From assembly GCA_037447605.1 (NCBI GenBank), contig CM074811.1:2976001-3040000 (forward strand): 64,000 nucleotides of DNA, read 5' to 3'. The notes below the pieces were generated by a model. That model was given only the letters and a program-made list of their open reading frames with translations. It was not told where the DNA came from and searched no databases. The translations under genes and the position numbers were made by a program. How positions within the stretch are numbered: position 1 is the stretch's first letter; every line of letters begins with the position of its first letter. The stretch is from Zygnema circumcarinatum SAG 698-1b (lineage: Eukaryota > Plantae > Zygnematophyceae). Below, in pieces: positions 11,245-23,193 of the stretch.

Positions 11245-12206
11245 AACCACATACTGAATGTTGTTGTCATACAACATAAACATTAACGGATATGCTCACA
11301 GACTCCTGACATTTCGTTCAAGTTCCACTACCAGGTGGCTGGCACTCGTGGATTCGGTCCAATATTGCACAGTGTATGTAGACTCAAAGCAGGGCCAGAT
11401 GCATCCGGCAGTGTGGGGGGGAGGGTGCCAAAGGACCGCTCTCTCCTTATCACAGTCTGCAGTTAAAACTTGCGGAAGTTCAAAGAGCCATTTATTAGGT
11501 AGACATAGAGAAGGGGAACTGATTTAATGGATTTTTTTTTTGTCATAGCTGATGGGTAGATGCAATTTCTGCTTTAACGGAGGTTCCATGCACAGCAGGG
11601 ACTCAGTTGTGGCACATTTGCTTGGGGTGTGTGGAAGGACGCCTCCAACCTTCTTTGTCAGCTCGATCGCTGCCGCAGTTTTCTACAAGAAACCTGGAAA
11701 GTAAAACGAGTGAATGTACGAAAAGTAAATGAGGAATAGACAGTAAAAAGCGCCCAGTCAAAATAAAATCCTTTTTCTCTCTTTTTCCAAATCTCAAATA
11801 AGGACCGCCCTGAGACGAGGCAGTTGAACGAAACGGCCATAGAACCCATCGAACGGCCTCTATCCAAACCGCAGCCTGAAAAAAATTCAGCATTAGCTGT
11901 CGACAGTTACAGTCAGTGCGAACAAATTTCGGAGCTTTCACTCATGTAGCGGCAGTTCCCCAATCTCTAAGCCGTCGGCGCATGCACGGAAAGGAAGGCG
12001 CGTGACTTCTGTCGACGCTGATGCTTCCTCTCCAACTGACGGCAGCCCTAAGCAGGGGCGTTTCGCCGCGTAACTAATCATTGGAAGCTTCCAGAGCTTC
12101 TCCTCTCACCTAAAGCTTTCAGCAGAAAATTGCCGGAGGCAGGGGGTGGTGCGAGAACAGGAGAGGCGGCTGGAGAGTAAGCCAAAGCGGTTGAAATTTT
12201 CTTCGT

Positions 12207-13847
12207 ATGCTGCGTAGTTGCATCCGCTCTCTCCGACCCTCATCTCTCCCTCTGTTTTCTACCTTTTCCGAGACTCCACCTTATCTCCCCCGCCGCACCC
12301 TCAACAAAATCAGCTGCATATTCAGTCCCAAGAAAGACCCACCCGCCATGGCTGCCCACTCAAGAGCTACGCAGCAGCACAAGCTCGCCTCCGCCCTCGC
12401 TCACGCCGCCATAGCCATCCCCTCGGCCGAGTCCCTGAAGTCCCTCTCCATGCAGGTGGAGCGTTTCCCTGTAGTTCTACTGGGCGAGGCCTCCCATGGA
12501 ACTTCGGACTTCTACCGCCTGCGGCAACACCTCTCCCGCTCCCTCCTGCGAGAGAGCTCTCCCGTCCGCTTCCGCTTCATCGCGGTGGAAGGCGATTGGC
12601 CCGCCTGCTACGCCGTGCACCGCTACGTGACACGTGGCATCGGCGGCTCGGCGGAGGCTGTTCTGAAGGCGGAGTTCAGGCGGTGGCCGCCATGGATGTG
12701 GGCCAACCGAGAAATGGTTGACTTTCTTGACTGGCTAAGGGCACATAACAGCCAGCTGGCGCCCTATGATAGGGTGGGTTTTTTTGGGCTGGACGTGTAT
12801 TCCCTGTACGAGTCGATTGAAGCTGTTGTGGAGGAGCTCGGCCACGTGGACCCTGCTATGGCGGAGGAGGCTAAAAGGCACTATGCATGCTTTGACAGAG
12901 TGGGAGGAGGGGATGAGAAAAGGTACACACGCTCTCTTTTATTTCGACCGGAGGGGTGTAGAGAGCAAGTGATTTCTGTGCTCAGGAAGCTTCTGCGAAA
13001 GAAGATGCCGGTACATGATGGGGATTCTGATGAAGATCCGAACGATCCCGACAGTCATATTTTCAACGCAAAGCAGAATGCAATAGTGGTGAAAGATGCG
13101 GAGAATTACTACAGAACTATGGTGTTGGGGGATGGGGAGTCGTGGAATGTGAGGGACTATCACATGGCGGATACGCTGCAACGGCTGATGCATGCTTACG
13201 CTAGCTGTGCAACGAAACGGGGCGGAACGGACACAAAGAAACCGGTGGGGGCGATAGTGTGGGCTCACAATACCCATGTGGGGGATCATAGGTTTTCGGA
13301 TATGATGAAGAGAGGGGAAATTACGATTGGGGGAGTGATGAGAGAAAGAGTGGGAGAGGAAAATGTGTGTCTTGTCGGGTTCGGAACATACAGAGGAAGT
13401 GTGATTGCTGCTCGGGATCAGTGGGGAGACCCTCCGAAAGTTCTGGAAGTTCCGCCGGCAGTTTCTGGAAGCTATGATGACGTCATGAATCGAGTGAGCC
13501 TGCAGCAGAAGATGCCTGTGTGGTATGTGATGTTCCGGAAAGATGACGTGGAAGTGAAGGAAAGGATGGGAGGAGAGAGCAAGGAAAAGGAAGGAGAGGG
13601 GAAAGAGGAGAAGGAGGAGAAGGAGGAGGTAGATTTCAGAAAGGAGTTTGGAGATTTTACGGCCGGGCAGCGTGCGATGGGTGTTGTTTACGATCCCAGA
13701 ATTGAGTTTTTGGGGAATTATGTTCCATGTCAAATTGTGAAGCGGTATGATTCGTTCGTTTTTGTTCATACCTCGAGAGCTTTGAAGCCCTTGGCAGCAA
13801 AAGTTGACCCTACGGAAGTGCCGGAGACGTACCCTACCGGCGTTTGA
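12207..13847 (+). CDS. Erythromycin esterase (Ere/ChaN-like) family protein, intronless, with a putative organellar transit peptide
   Basis: 546-aa uninterrupted ORF. Family motifs VVLLGEASHGTSDFY, FIAVEGDWP, WPPWMWANREM, GFFGLDVYSL, ESWNVRDYHM, VWAHNTHVGD and GQRAMGVVY. The N-terminal ~48 aa are Ser/Arg/Leu/Pro-rich and nearly free of acidic residues. Confidence 0.9.
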   Translation: MLRSCIRSLRPSSLPLFSTFSETPPYLPRRTLNKISCIFSPKKDPPAMAAHSRATQQHKLASALAHAAIAIPSAESLKSLSMQVERFPVVLLGEASHGTSDFYRLRQHLSRSLLRESSPVRFRFIAVEGDWPACYAVHRYVTRGIGGSAEAVLKAEFRRWPPWMWANREMVDFLDWLRAHNSQLAPYDRVGFFGLDVYSLYESIEAVVEELGHVDPAMAEEAKRHYACFDRVGGGDEKRYTRSLLFRPEGCREQVISVLRKLLRKKMPVHDGDSDEDPNDPDSHIFNAKQNAIVVKDAENYYRTMVLGDGESWNVRDYHMADTLQRLMHAYASCATKRGGTDTKKPVGAIVWAHNTHVGDHRFSDMMKRGEITIGGVMRERVGEENVCLVGFGTYRGSVIAARDQWGDPPKVLEVPPAVSGSYDDVMNRVSLQQKMPVWYVMFRKDDVEVKERMGGESKEKEGEGKEEKEEKEEVDFRKEFGDFTAGQRAMGVVYDPRIEFLGNYVPCQIVKRYDSFVFVHTSRALKPLAAKVDPTEVPETYPTGV

Positions 13848-15076
13848 TGAGAGTGAGAGTTCAGGGAATGAAGATGAGTGTTGGAAGAGAGAGAGCTGCG
13901 ACTCAGTTTTTCAGGTTTTCAAAGCTTTTAGAGCCTTTGGTGTCTTTAGGGTTAGTGTTTTGAGGGTTGTTGCGCAGAGTAGAATGTAGGGTTATGTGAT
14001 GGAATGCGAATGCTGTAAATAGTTCTGAACTTTCAGACATAAAGAGTTGGGGTTCGTTGAAAGGCTTACCGTTTTTAGGCCTATTCCCTTCCTTTGCTTC
14101 CTTTTGGATTTTAGAGGTGATCTTAAGGCTTAAGCAGTGAGTTTGTGTAACATAGCTGGAATGGAGATGGGTCTTCTGTACATAGCTTTAAGGAAAGAAA
14201 GAGATGAGGGGCTGATTTCTGCCGCTGGTGGGTGCAAGCACGAGTGGAAGGAGTTGGGAAAAGAACGAGAGAGAGAGGGGACGAGGAGAAGCAGGAAGGG
14301 AAAGAATGATACATGGAGAAAGGTAAAGACATTGAGAGAGTGAGCGAAAGATTAAGGGAGCTAGAAAGAGGGGACAGAGGGAGAGCAGAGGGAAAATGGG
14401 GGAAAGGAATGCACTGAGAAGGTTGCTTTTGAACCCATGGATGGACAAGAACTGACCGACTGTTGCCGAGTTTCCCACATGAATTGTCCGAATAAAATCT
14501 AGGACAGTACTTCCACGTTCCTTGGTCTTATTCATACTATGAGGCTCATGAAAAACTCAAACCACGTGACTCTTGACTAATGAGTTTTGCAGATAAGTCA
14601 CTGGCAATGACTAACATGACTCGTGTATGGCTACCTCAAGCCTGACCACAATATCATGTTTTACATTCTATACATGGCTTTCCCACAAACCCTCTCTGAA
14701 GGTGCGCCAAATTCGACCTTCCATACTTGTTAACATCATACTGTCCTTCATCAAAACACCACCCACTCCTATAGTAGACCTCAGCATTTTGATCTTGTAT
14801 AGGATAAATACCAATAAAGTATTCAACACCCAAACTGAACACTTTCCCCAAAACCGCACTCACCCAACTCATTCATAATAGATAGACCTCCATATTTTGA
14901 TCTTACATAGGATAAATACCAGCAACCAGGATAAATACCAGCAGCCAGCAGGAGCAGCCATTCCTTCTCCCTCCACAGAAAGAAAGCTTCAGCCCCCCCC
15001 CTCCCTCCCTCCCTCCCTCCTTNNNNNNNNNNCCCTCCCTCCCTCCCTCCCTCCCTCCCTCGGCCCATTTTTGGCC

Positions 15077-16064
<988 letters not shown>

Positions 16065-16499
16065 TATGCCTCTGCTGCCTCTCCTGCACTGTCCCCCTCT
16101 CTCTGTCTGCTCCTCGCTCTCCTTGCCCCCTCACACTTCGCTCTCTTACTCACTCTCTCTGTCCTCTCTCTCTCTCTCTCTCTCTCTCTGTTCGCAGTAT
16201 TGTCCTCTCCGCCCCTCTCTCTCCCTCTCTCTGTTCGCAGTATTTCTCTCTCCGCCCCTCTCTCTCTCTCTCGCTCTCCTGGGAGGAATGCGCTCTCCAG
16301 GACCTCCTTTGCAACTATGTACTTACAGCCTTCCGCAAAGGTAGCCTCCCCGCCTAGGTCGGTGGCACTGTACGGTGAGGCATGTCAAGAGCTTGCGAGG
16401 AAGCTTCCTCTTTCGCAGCAGACACGTTTAGGCGTTGCCAGCAGGCGATTTTCGAGGAGCCTTCGCGGAAGGTGTGTGGACCCGTGCCTGTTCCTTGAT

Positions 16500-17360
16500 C
16501 GAATGGAGGTGCTGGCGGCCAATCGGAGACCTTGTCTGTGTCACGTGGCGCAATGTGACTGGCTAACCTTCCACACTTATGAGGGTTCTGGGCCATCGAG
16601 TTCCCTGCTGACGTGACGTGACATCCGTCGATGAGCACGGTTGGCTGCCAACCTGTCATCGGACATTTCTGCGAAGGAGCACAATTGTTCCATGCCAACA
16701 TCACAATGGCGTAATATTGCATGACATGGCCGTGTCACAAGGCCACGTGGCAGGGTGGGATTGGCGGAATGACGTGACAGCTCCAATTGACGGTTTCCAT
16801 TGGCTGTCGTTCGCGTGAAATTGCCAAATGTGACGTGGCAGGCTCTCCTCGAGGGAAATGCAGGCATCGTCAAATCAGGGATTCCCTAAAATCCCGAATT
16901 TTACTGACCCTTGGGGGACGAAAGCTACAACGGACGGGCTGTAGCGGCCGTAGCAATATTTGAAGGGGGCCAGATGGCCCACGTGGGAAGATCAAGTGGT
17001 AAACTGGCCAATGTGAAGACGACACGTGTACAAATCATAATATTTCAACCAATAGAAAGCCGCGAAGTATGCTGTTGGAAATAATGTCCTCCTGCATGGA
17101 GTCTTTCGCGGAAGCTACCAGATACTGTTCGTGTCCTTTACGAACTGTCCAAAGAGTCCACGTTGGCAAAAGGGTTTAAGGCCGCCGCCAATCAGCATCT
17201 GGCACGTCAGACAGGACTACCTGAATCTGCCACGTGGCATCCCCTGACCGGGCCGCCAGGCGGAAGTTTTTTTTGATATCCCCGCCCGGGCTTGGCGCTC
17301 CGCCAGCTGGCCGCCGTGCAGTTCACGAAACGGAGCCTTCCCGGAAAGCGCAGGACGTGC
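16500..17360. promoter_or_regulatory. G-box/ABRE-rich bidirectional promoter between the two USP copies
   Basis: CACGTG at 16542, 16744, 16980, 17023 and 17231. ACGTGGC (ABRE core) at about 16544, 16745, 16833 and 17232. Additional TGACGT and CCAAT motifs. Confidence 0.5.
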
Positions 17361-17607
17361 CTGCTGCGGTGAGTCCGTACAGTCCACCGACCAAAGAGGG
17401 CGGTGGCGGCGGTAAGTTCGAGTGTGAGGCTGTGGGGGGCACACTTATCATGAATGGATTCTTGAAATAGCGTGTCTGAGAGAAAGAGAGAGAGAGACAG
17501 AGAGAGAGAGAAAGAAAAAAAGAAAGGGCAGAGAGAGAGAGAGGAGCACACACAGGCAGAGAGAGAGAGGGAGAGGGGGACAGTGCAGGAGAGGCAGCAG
17601 AGGCATA

Positions 17608-17953
17608 ATGGCGCGCACGATAGTGGCGGTGGTGGAGGAGGAGGCGGCGAGCGAGGCGGTGTTCGCGGCGGCCATGGCGGAGCTTCAGGAAGGCGACCGC
17701 CTGCTGATTGCATTCCCGCGGCCCGTTCGCCAAGGAGGTGAGGGAGGAGAAGAATAATAATACCAATGTCGCGATTTTTTGTTGATTTTTTTTTTTTGCA
17801 TTAAATTGAGTTGGGAGTGAGTGCCCTGCCTGCCCGGCTGCCTTCAGGGCGGCACTGGGAGGAGGCCGCGCGGACTGTGACCGCCGACTTCGACCGGAAG
17901 GCGCAGCGCACTCTTCGCAAGTACTCGGAGAAGGCGGCCGCCGCTAAGGTGGC

Positions 17954-18000
<47 letters not shown>

Positions 18001-18516
18001 TCTCTCGCTCTCCCTCCCTCCCCCCCATCCCTTTCCTCCTTCCCTTCCCCCCACTTCCTTTCACTTTTTCTGTGAGATTCTCTCCTGCTGGGGCTCTCGT
18101 CTGCCTTAAATTATTATTGAAATTGTGGGAAATGCAGGTCACGCAGATTGATGATTTTCTGACTGGTTTACGGAACCGGGGGCGCATGGAACGGGCAGGT
18201 GCTATTCGAGGCGAGGGAGGTGGAGGGCTTCCATCCGGAGGCCGCGCTCGCTGCCACGTGTCGCGACGTCGGCGCAGATCTGGTCGTGCGGAGGGCGGCG
18301 CAGTGGAGTCTGTTCCATGGGGCGCGTTCCGTCGGGAGCAACTGCTGCCCGAACTGCAACCCGTTCCTCCGTCCCGGCGGGCTCCATGGCTTCCCTTCCT
18401 CGTGCGAGTTCAAGCATGGAACGCCCTCTTTTCCGTGCGCTGTGAAGGAGGTGAGGGCGGGGAGGGGCCGCACGGCGAAGGTCGGCGACGAGGAGGGCGC
18501 GCTCGGCGCCGAGTAG
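17608..18516 (+). CDS. Universal stress protein (USP-A)-like protein, copy 2, 3 exons, 182 aa
   Basis: Exons 17608-17737, 17848-17948 and 18199-18516; same translation as copy 1. Confidence 0.78.
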
Positions 18517-19595
18517 GGCCAAAAATGGGCCGAGGGAGGGAGGGAGGGAGGGAGGGAGGGAGGGAAGGAGGGAGGGAGGGAGGGAGGGNNNNNNNNNNAG
18601 AGAGGGAGGGAGGGAGGGAGGGAGAGAGTGAGGGAGGGAAGGAGGGAGGGAGGGAGGGAGGGAGGGGAAGAAGCTTTCTTTTTGTGGAGGGAGAAGGAAT
18701 GGCTGCGAGGATGGATGGGAGGATCTCTCGTGTGCTAATGGGTGCTGGTATTTATCCTATGTAAGGTCAAAACATGGAGGTCTATCTATTATGAATGAGT
18801 TGGGTGAGTGGGGTCTGGGGGCATTTCTTTTAAGAAGCTGCGTACATGAGTAAGAGGAATATAGAACCTTTGGGTTCAGGTTATTGGAGTGATGGCTCTC
18901 GCCTTTAGCTTGTTGAAAGACAATACTATGATCAAACAGGTCGTATATTATGCGTTGAGGCAGCAGGTATATGAGGGCGGGTGATATGGAGGGTATATGG
19001 TAGGCAAGTTTGGTAGGGCTCATGCTATGAAACGGTATGTGTGCCATTTATCTATTTTCAACATTTAGAGTGCTCCTTGGGAAATGACCGATGGGCAGAA
19101 CAATTAATTTGACTCTTTGTTTCATGTGAGTGGAGGGAGGGTGGGAGATGACGCGATGTCCCTGCGATGATTGACGCGGTCAACGCTTAGTCAACGCATG
19201 CGTACGCTTTGTGGTGCGCATATCAACGTGTTGTCCAGCATGCCATGCCATGCGTGCGTGTTGCTTCTTCTCAAGGCAATGGTTGGGCGTTGACCTCACG
19301 ATGGCGATGTGCCGCCAACGTGCATGCATGCACAACAACAAAAAGACAACAAAATATTGTTGCCTAACAATAACAACGGTTAAAACACGGGCCACGACTT
19401 GCCTAGGCACAAAAGAAAGGCCATGAGCGCAAGTTTGCTTCGCGGCCCAACAACAATACGTCCCTAGGAGGGTCGCGAAGGTCGCCTATGCGCGCCACTT
19501 GTCGCGCGGCGAGAGGTGCTGAAAGCCGCCGAAAAAGTACGGACCGCTGCCGTTCGACTGCAGATTAGAGATGGATTAGTTACGACTATATAATA

Positions 19596-20115
19596 CAGTC
19601 GGGGGTCCTCGTATTTACCACCCCAAGGAGTGCGCCCTCAATATTTTCGCCCCAATTTTGCCGAAACCACTTTTTTGTACGGTAACTTGTGTTAGCCGTA
19701 CTGTTGGTACTGTTCGTACTTTTCGTACTATCTGTACTAGCCGTTACGGGCTTACGCAAAACTCACCTAATCTCCCCGCTCGTGCCGCCGTAAGAGGCGC
19801 TCGCTCTTCTCCCCGTCTTCTTGACTTCGATACGAGACGATACGATACGGTCAATACGATACGAAACTCCCCGATGGTTGGATGACGACAGTATGTACGA
19901 CAGTATATGCGTCGCGATATGTTACGATACGATACGATGCTAAATGATACGGGACGATACGATACGATATGGCACGATGCGATACGTACGATTCAACATG
20001 AACTCTAACATAATACCGCCCGTCTATTCGTAACACGAAACTTATATATGCAAATTTAATATTTTCGCCTCATTTTGCCCGGAACCAGGGTGGAAAATAT
20101 GAGGACCCCCTACTG
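19596..20115. mobile_element. Tc1/mariner-type MITE (520 bp) with ~28-bp TIRs and a TA target-site duplication
   Basis: Left end TA-CAGTCGGGGGTCCTCGTATTTACCACCC; right end (reverse complement) TA-CAGTAGGGGGTCCTCATATTTTCCACCC, 25/28 identical. Interior has a GTAC cluster and (GATAC)n degenerate repeats; no transposase. Confidence 0.75.
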
Positions 20116-21000
20116 TATATGAGGACCCCCTAATATATTCGGAATTTATAACGCGGGCCATCCCTACTGCAGATGCGCTCCAAGACGAAACGGCAGATGG
20201 TGCCGACAAAAGTGCGGTCAACAGTGGACAAGACAAGTTAGGACATATCGGACACAACAAAAACGTACGAAAGGCATTTATAATGTATTATAAAAAAGGT
20301 ACTCTGCTATGATCAAAACTATCCTTCGTCAAGTACTCATTTTGGTAGCCAACGAGCGAACAGGAATGACGGATTTCAAGTCTGACGAGTCCTCCCGGAT
20401 GCGAATCTTATAAGATTCTGTTCAGCGCTACGCGCACGCCATTGGCCAATGGGCGGTACCCGTCGCACGAGCATCGCGTCTTGTGCGACACGTGGCAACA
20501 AAGTCAACGGGTAGCACTCGAAAAAGGATCGCTGAAGTTATTTTCCTTCAAATTATTTTCCATTAGGCCGTCTTCCGCGGCTGGCTCCCTCCTCCCTCCC
20601 TCCACAGGGCGGCGGCGGCGGCGGCGGAGGAGGAGGGGCCGCAGGGAGCCACGTGGAGCCCATCGGAAGGAGCGCCACTTGGGGGATGACACGTGGCGGT
20701 TCCAGGTGAGGATGGTCCCTTCCACGTGGCAATTCAGGGCGGCAAGGTAGCAGGGAGAGGGAATGCTTCCAGCCGCTTTGGGACGTCGCCATGGCGGCCA
20801 TGGTGTTGGGTCATGGCTGATTTAGGGTTTAGAGCTCACTGGTTGGGGGAGATAAAGGTCTAAAATATTGGATTATGGGGGAAAAATAATGGTGAAGAGA
20901 AACATGATGATGAACTCCCCATTACATGAATCCTCTGTTCATGTCGAATTTTTCCCTCCATTTTTTGGCCTCAACAGGTCCAAGCGAGAAGAGGGAAGCC

Positions 21001-23193
21001 ATGGGGGTCCTGGAACTGAGCCAAGAGCAAGTCCGTATTGCCACGGGGGGCTTCTCCGAAGCTTCTCTTTTGGGCAGTGGAGGCTTCGGAAAAGTGTACA
21101 TAGGAACCCTGTTTGGTCTGAAGGTGGCTGTGAAGAAAATTTCAGACTTTGACGGAACGCAGGAGTTTGAAAAGGAAGTGAATTCGCTGCAGGAGATGCG
21201 ACACCCCCATATTCTTCAACTTATCGGATGGGCCCCCTCCTGCATGTGCCTTGTGAGCGAATACATGGCGGGGGGCAGCCTGCATGCATGGCTGCGAGAT
21301 GCTGCAAAAAGGAGGGCTCTCACATGGAAGGACAGGATTAGAATATGCAGAGAAATGGCTTCCGCCATCTGCTACATGCATGCGAGGGAGGTTCTGCATC
21401 TCGACCTAAAACCGGCGAACATTCTTTTAGATTCTCACAAGGTCAGCAAAGTTGGGGATTTAGGGTTGGCCACGCTGTGCGGCGGATCATCTGAATTTCC
21501 CGTTTCGAAGCTAAGGGGAACTGCAGGATACATGGACCCTGAGATGCTTTCCAAAGGGCAAGTCAGTAAGCAGACGGATACATATGCGTTCGGGTTGATC
21601 ATGCTTCAGCTTCTTACTGGAATGACGAGAATTGAGGACTTGCACGGGCTATTGGGGGAGTTAGAAGGGGGGATACAAGGAGAGCAGCGTTTGAATAATT
21701 TCTTGCGAAGTTTGAGTCTTGCTTCAGAAAGCAAAAGCTTTTCGTCTGAAGTCAGCCTTCCCTCATGTGTTAGAGAACCCTCCTCTCCTCATTCTAACCC
21801 TACTTTCAGCTCTGACCGAAATCTATCTACTTCTCACTCTATGACTTGGCACGCGGAACTTCACCCTGATCGGAATTCTAACCCTAATTCGAACTTGAGT
21901 TTGAGTAACAACGACCGGTTACCATCCTCTCTGAATAGAACACCATGTTCTACAAGCAGGTGGTCGGAAAGTTCAACTGAGTTTGAATCCACCATTCAAA
22001 AGCTGCTGAAACGTTTGGACCCTGAAGCAGGAGACTGGCCAATAGAGAGGCTACAGCTGGCAGTGGGTTTGGCCCTGCTCTGTACAGAGAGGAAAAGAGA
22101 GCTTCGCCCTCGGATGGATGAACACATATTGACTGTTCTCCAGGAATTGGACGAGAGTTTTCAGAATGATGGAATAGGAAGAGGCAATGGAAACAATGCA
22201 GGAAATGACGAAGCAAATGCTTCATCAAATTCACAGAGTTTTGAAGCAGACGTGCTGCAAGACCCGTCCTGTAAAAAGGATCTTTCCAGGAGTGCATCGA
22301 AAGGTTTTGCAGAATGGTTCAAGGAAGCAGTCGATTTGGAACATCCCGAAGCTTTATTCAAGGTTGGGGAGTGTTTCTATGAAGGTAAAGGGACAGCCCA
22401 AAGCTTTGAAGTAGCCGTTGAGTGGTTCAAACGCGCCGTTACAAAGAGGCATCTTCCAGCCTTCCATATGCTTGGGAAATGCTATTTGAATGGGAAGGGG
22501 GTAGAAAGAGATGAGAATAAAGGAGTGACATTGTGTACATATGCTGCCCAAAGTGGATGGTGTCCTGCCCAGTACACTCTCGCCCATTGCTACGCAAATG
22601 GTCGAGGGGTAGTGAAGAGCGAAAGTGAAGCTTTTAAATGGTATGGCTGGGCAGCTCATCAGGGGCATCCCGAAAGTCAACATGAATATGCATCGATATG
22701 TTTGAAGCAAAAAAATTATGAAGTGGCGTTGCAATTCTTGTACAAAGCAGCTGTGCAGGGGTATGGGGACTCGCAGTATGCTCTCGGCATGCAGTTGAAG
22801 GGGAATAAAAAAAAAGGAGAGGATCAGTTGAGTCAGGCTATTAGGTGGCTTGAATGTGCTGCCTCACATGGACATGTACAGGCTCAGTTTCAGTTGGGAC
22901 GGATGTTCGCTGTGGGCTCTCAAGTAGATAAGAACATGGAAACGGCAGCAAAGTGGTACGGAATGGCGGCTCAGAACGGGCATGTTGGGTCGCAGATCGA
23001 GTATGGGTGGTTTTGTGAGAAGGGCATTGGGGTGGAGGTGGACTTTAAGAAGGCGGAGACTTTATATTGCCTCGCGGCGGCGAGTCCGGAGGGTTCAGGT
23101 CCTGCTACAGAGATGTTGGCAGGGCTGAGGAAGAGGGTAGCAAAGGAACAGAGTTCAGGTATGGAGAGGAGAAAAAGGGGAGGGTGGTTGTAA
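21001..23193 (+). CDS. RLK/Pelle-type cytoplasmic Ser/Thr kinase fused to ~7 Sel1-like repeats; single coding exon
   Basis: The ORF is open from 20926, but a polypyrimidine+CAG acceptor at ~20978 suggests the start is ATG 21001. Kinase motifs GSGGFGKVY, VAVK, HLDLKPANILLD, VGDLG and GTAGYMDPEM. Sel1 repeats such as AQYTLAHCYANGRGVVKSESEAFKWYGWAAHQGH run from about 22340 to 23090. Confidence 0.92.
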   Translation: MGVLELSQEQVRIATGGFSEASLLGSGGFGKVYIGTLFGLKVAVKKISDFDGTQEFEKEVNSLQEMRHPHILQLIGWAPSCMCLVSEYMAGGSLHAWLRDAAKRRALTWKDRIRICREMASAICYMHAREVLHLDLKPANILLDSHKVSKVGDLGLATLCGGSSEFPVSKLRGTAGYMDPEMLSKGQVSKQTDTYAFGLIMLQLLTGMTRIEDLHGLLGELEGGIQGEQRLNNFLRSLSLASESKSFSSEVSLPSCVREPSSPHSNPTFSSDRNLSTSHSMTWHAELHPDRNSNPNSNLSLSNNDRLPSSLNRTPCSTSRWSESSTEFESTIQKLLKRLDPEAGDWPIERLQLAVGLALLCTERKRELRPRMDEHILTVLQELDESFQNDGIGRGNGNNAGNDEANASSNSQSFEADVLQDPSCKKDLSRSASKGFAEWFKEAVDLEHPEALFKVGECFYEGKGTAQSFEVAVEWFKRAVTKRHLPAFHMLGKCYLNGKGVERDENKGVTLCTYAAQSGWCPAQYTLAHCYANGRGVVKSESEAFKWYGWAAHQGHPESQHEYASICLKQKNYEVALQFLYKAAVQGYGDSQYALGMQLKGNKKKGEDQLSQAIRWLECAASHGHVQAQFQLGRMFAVGSQVDKNMETAAKWYGMAAQNGHVGSQIEYGWFCEKGIGVEVDFKKAETLYCLAAASPEGSGPATEMLAGLRKRVAKEQSSGMERRKRGGWL

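Noticed and set aside
11603-11941. 112-aa minus-strand ORF divergent from the esterase
   Set aside because: No recognisable domain, and AT-rich intron-like stretches lie inside it.
18199-21001. Single USP-kinase-Sel1 fusion gene
   Set aside because: The candidate USP donor (GAG/GTGAGG) is phase 0, but the kinase acceptor needs phase 1. The USP frame has a natural stop at 18516, and I found no bridging exon.
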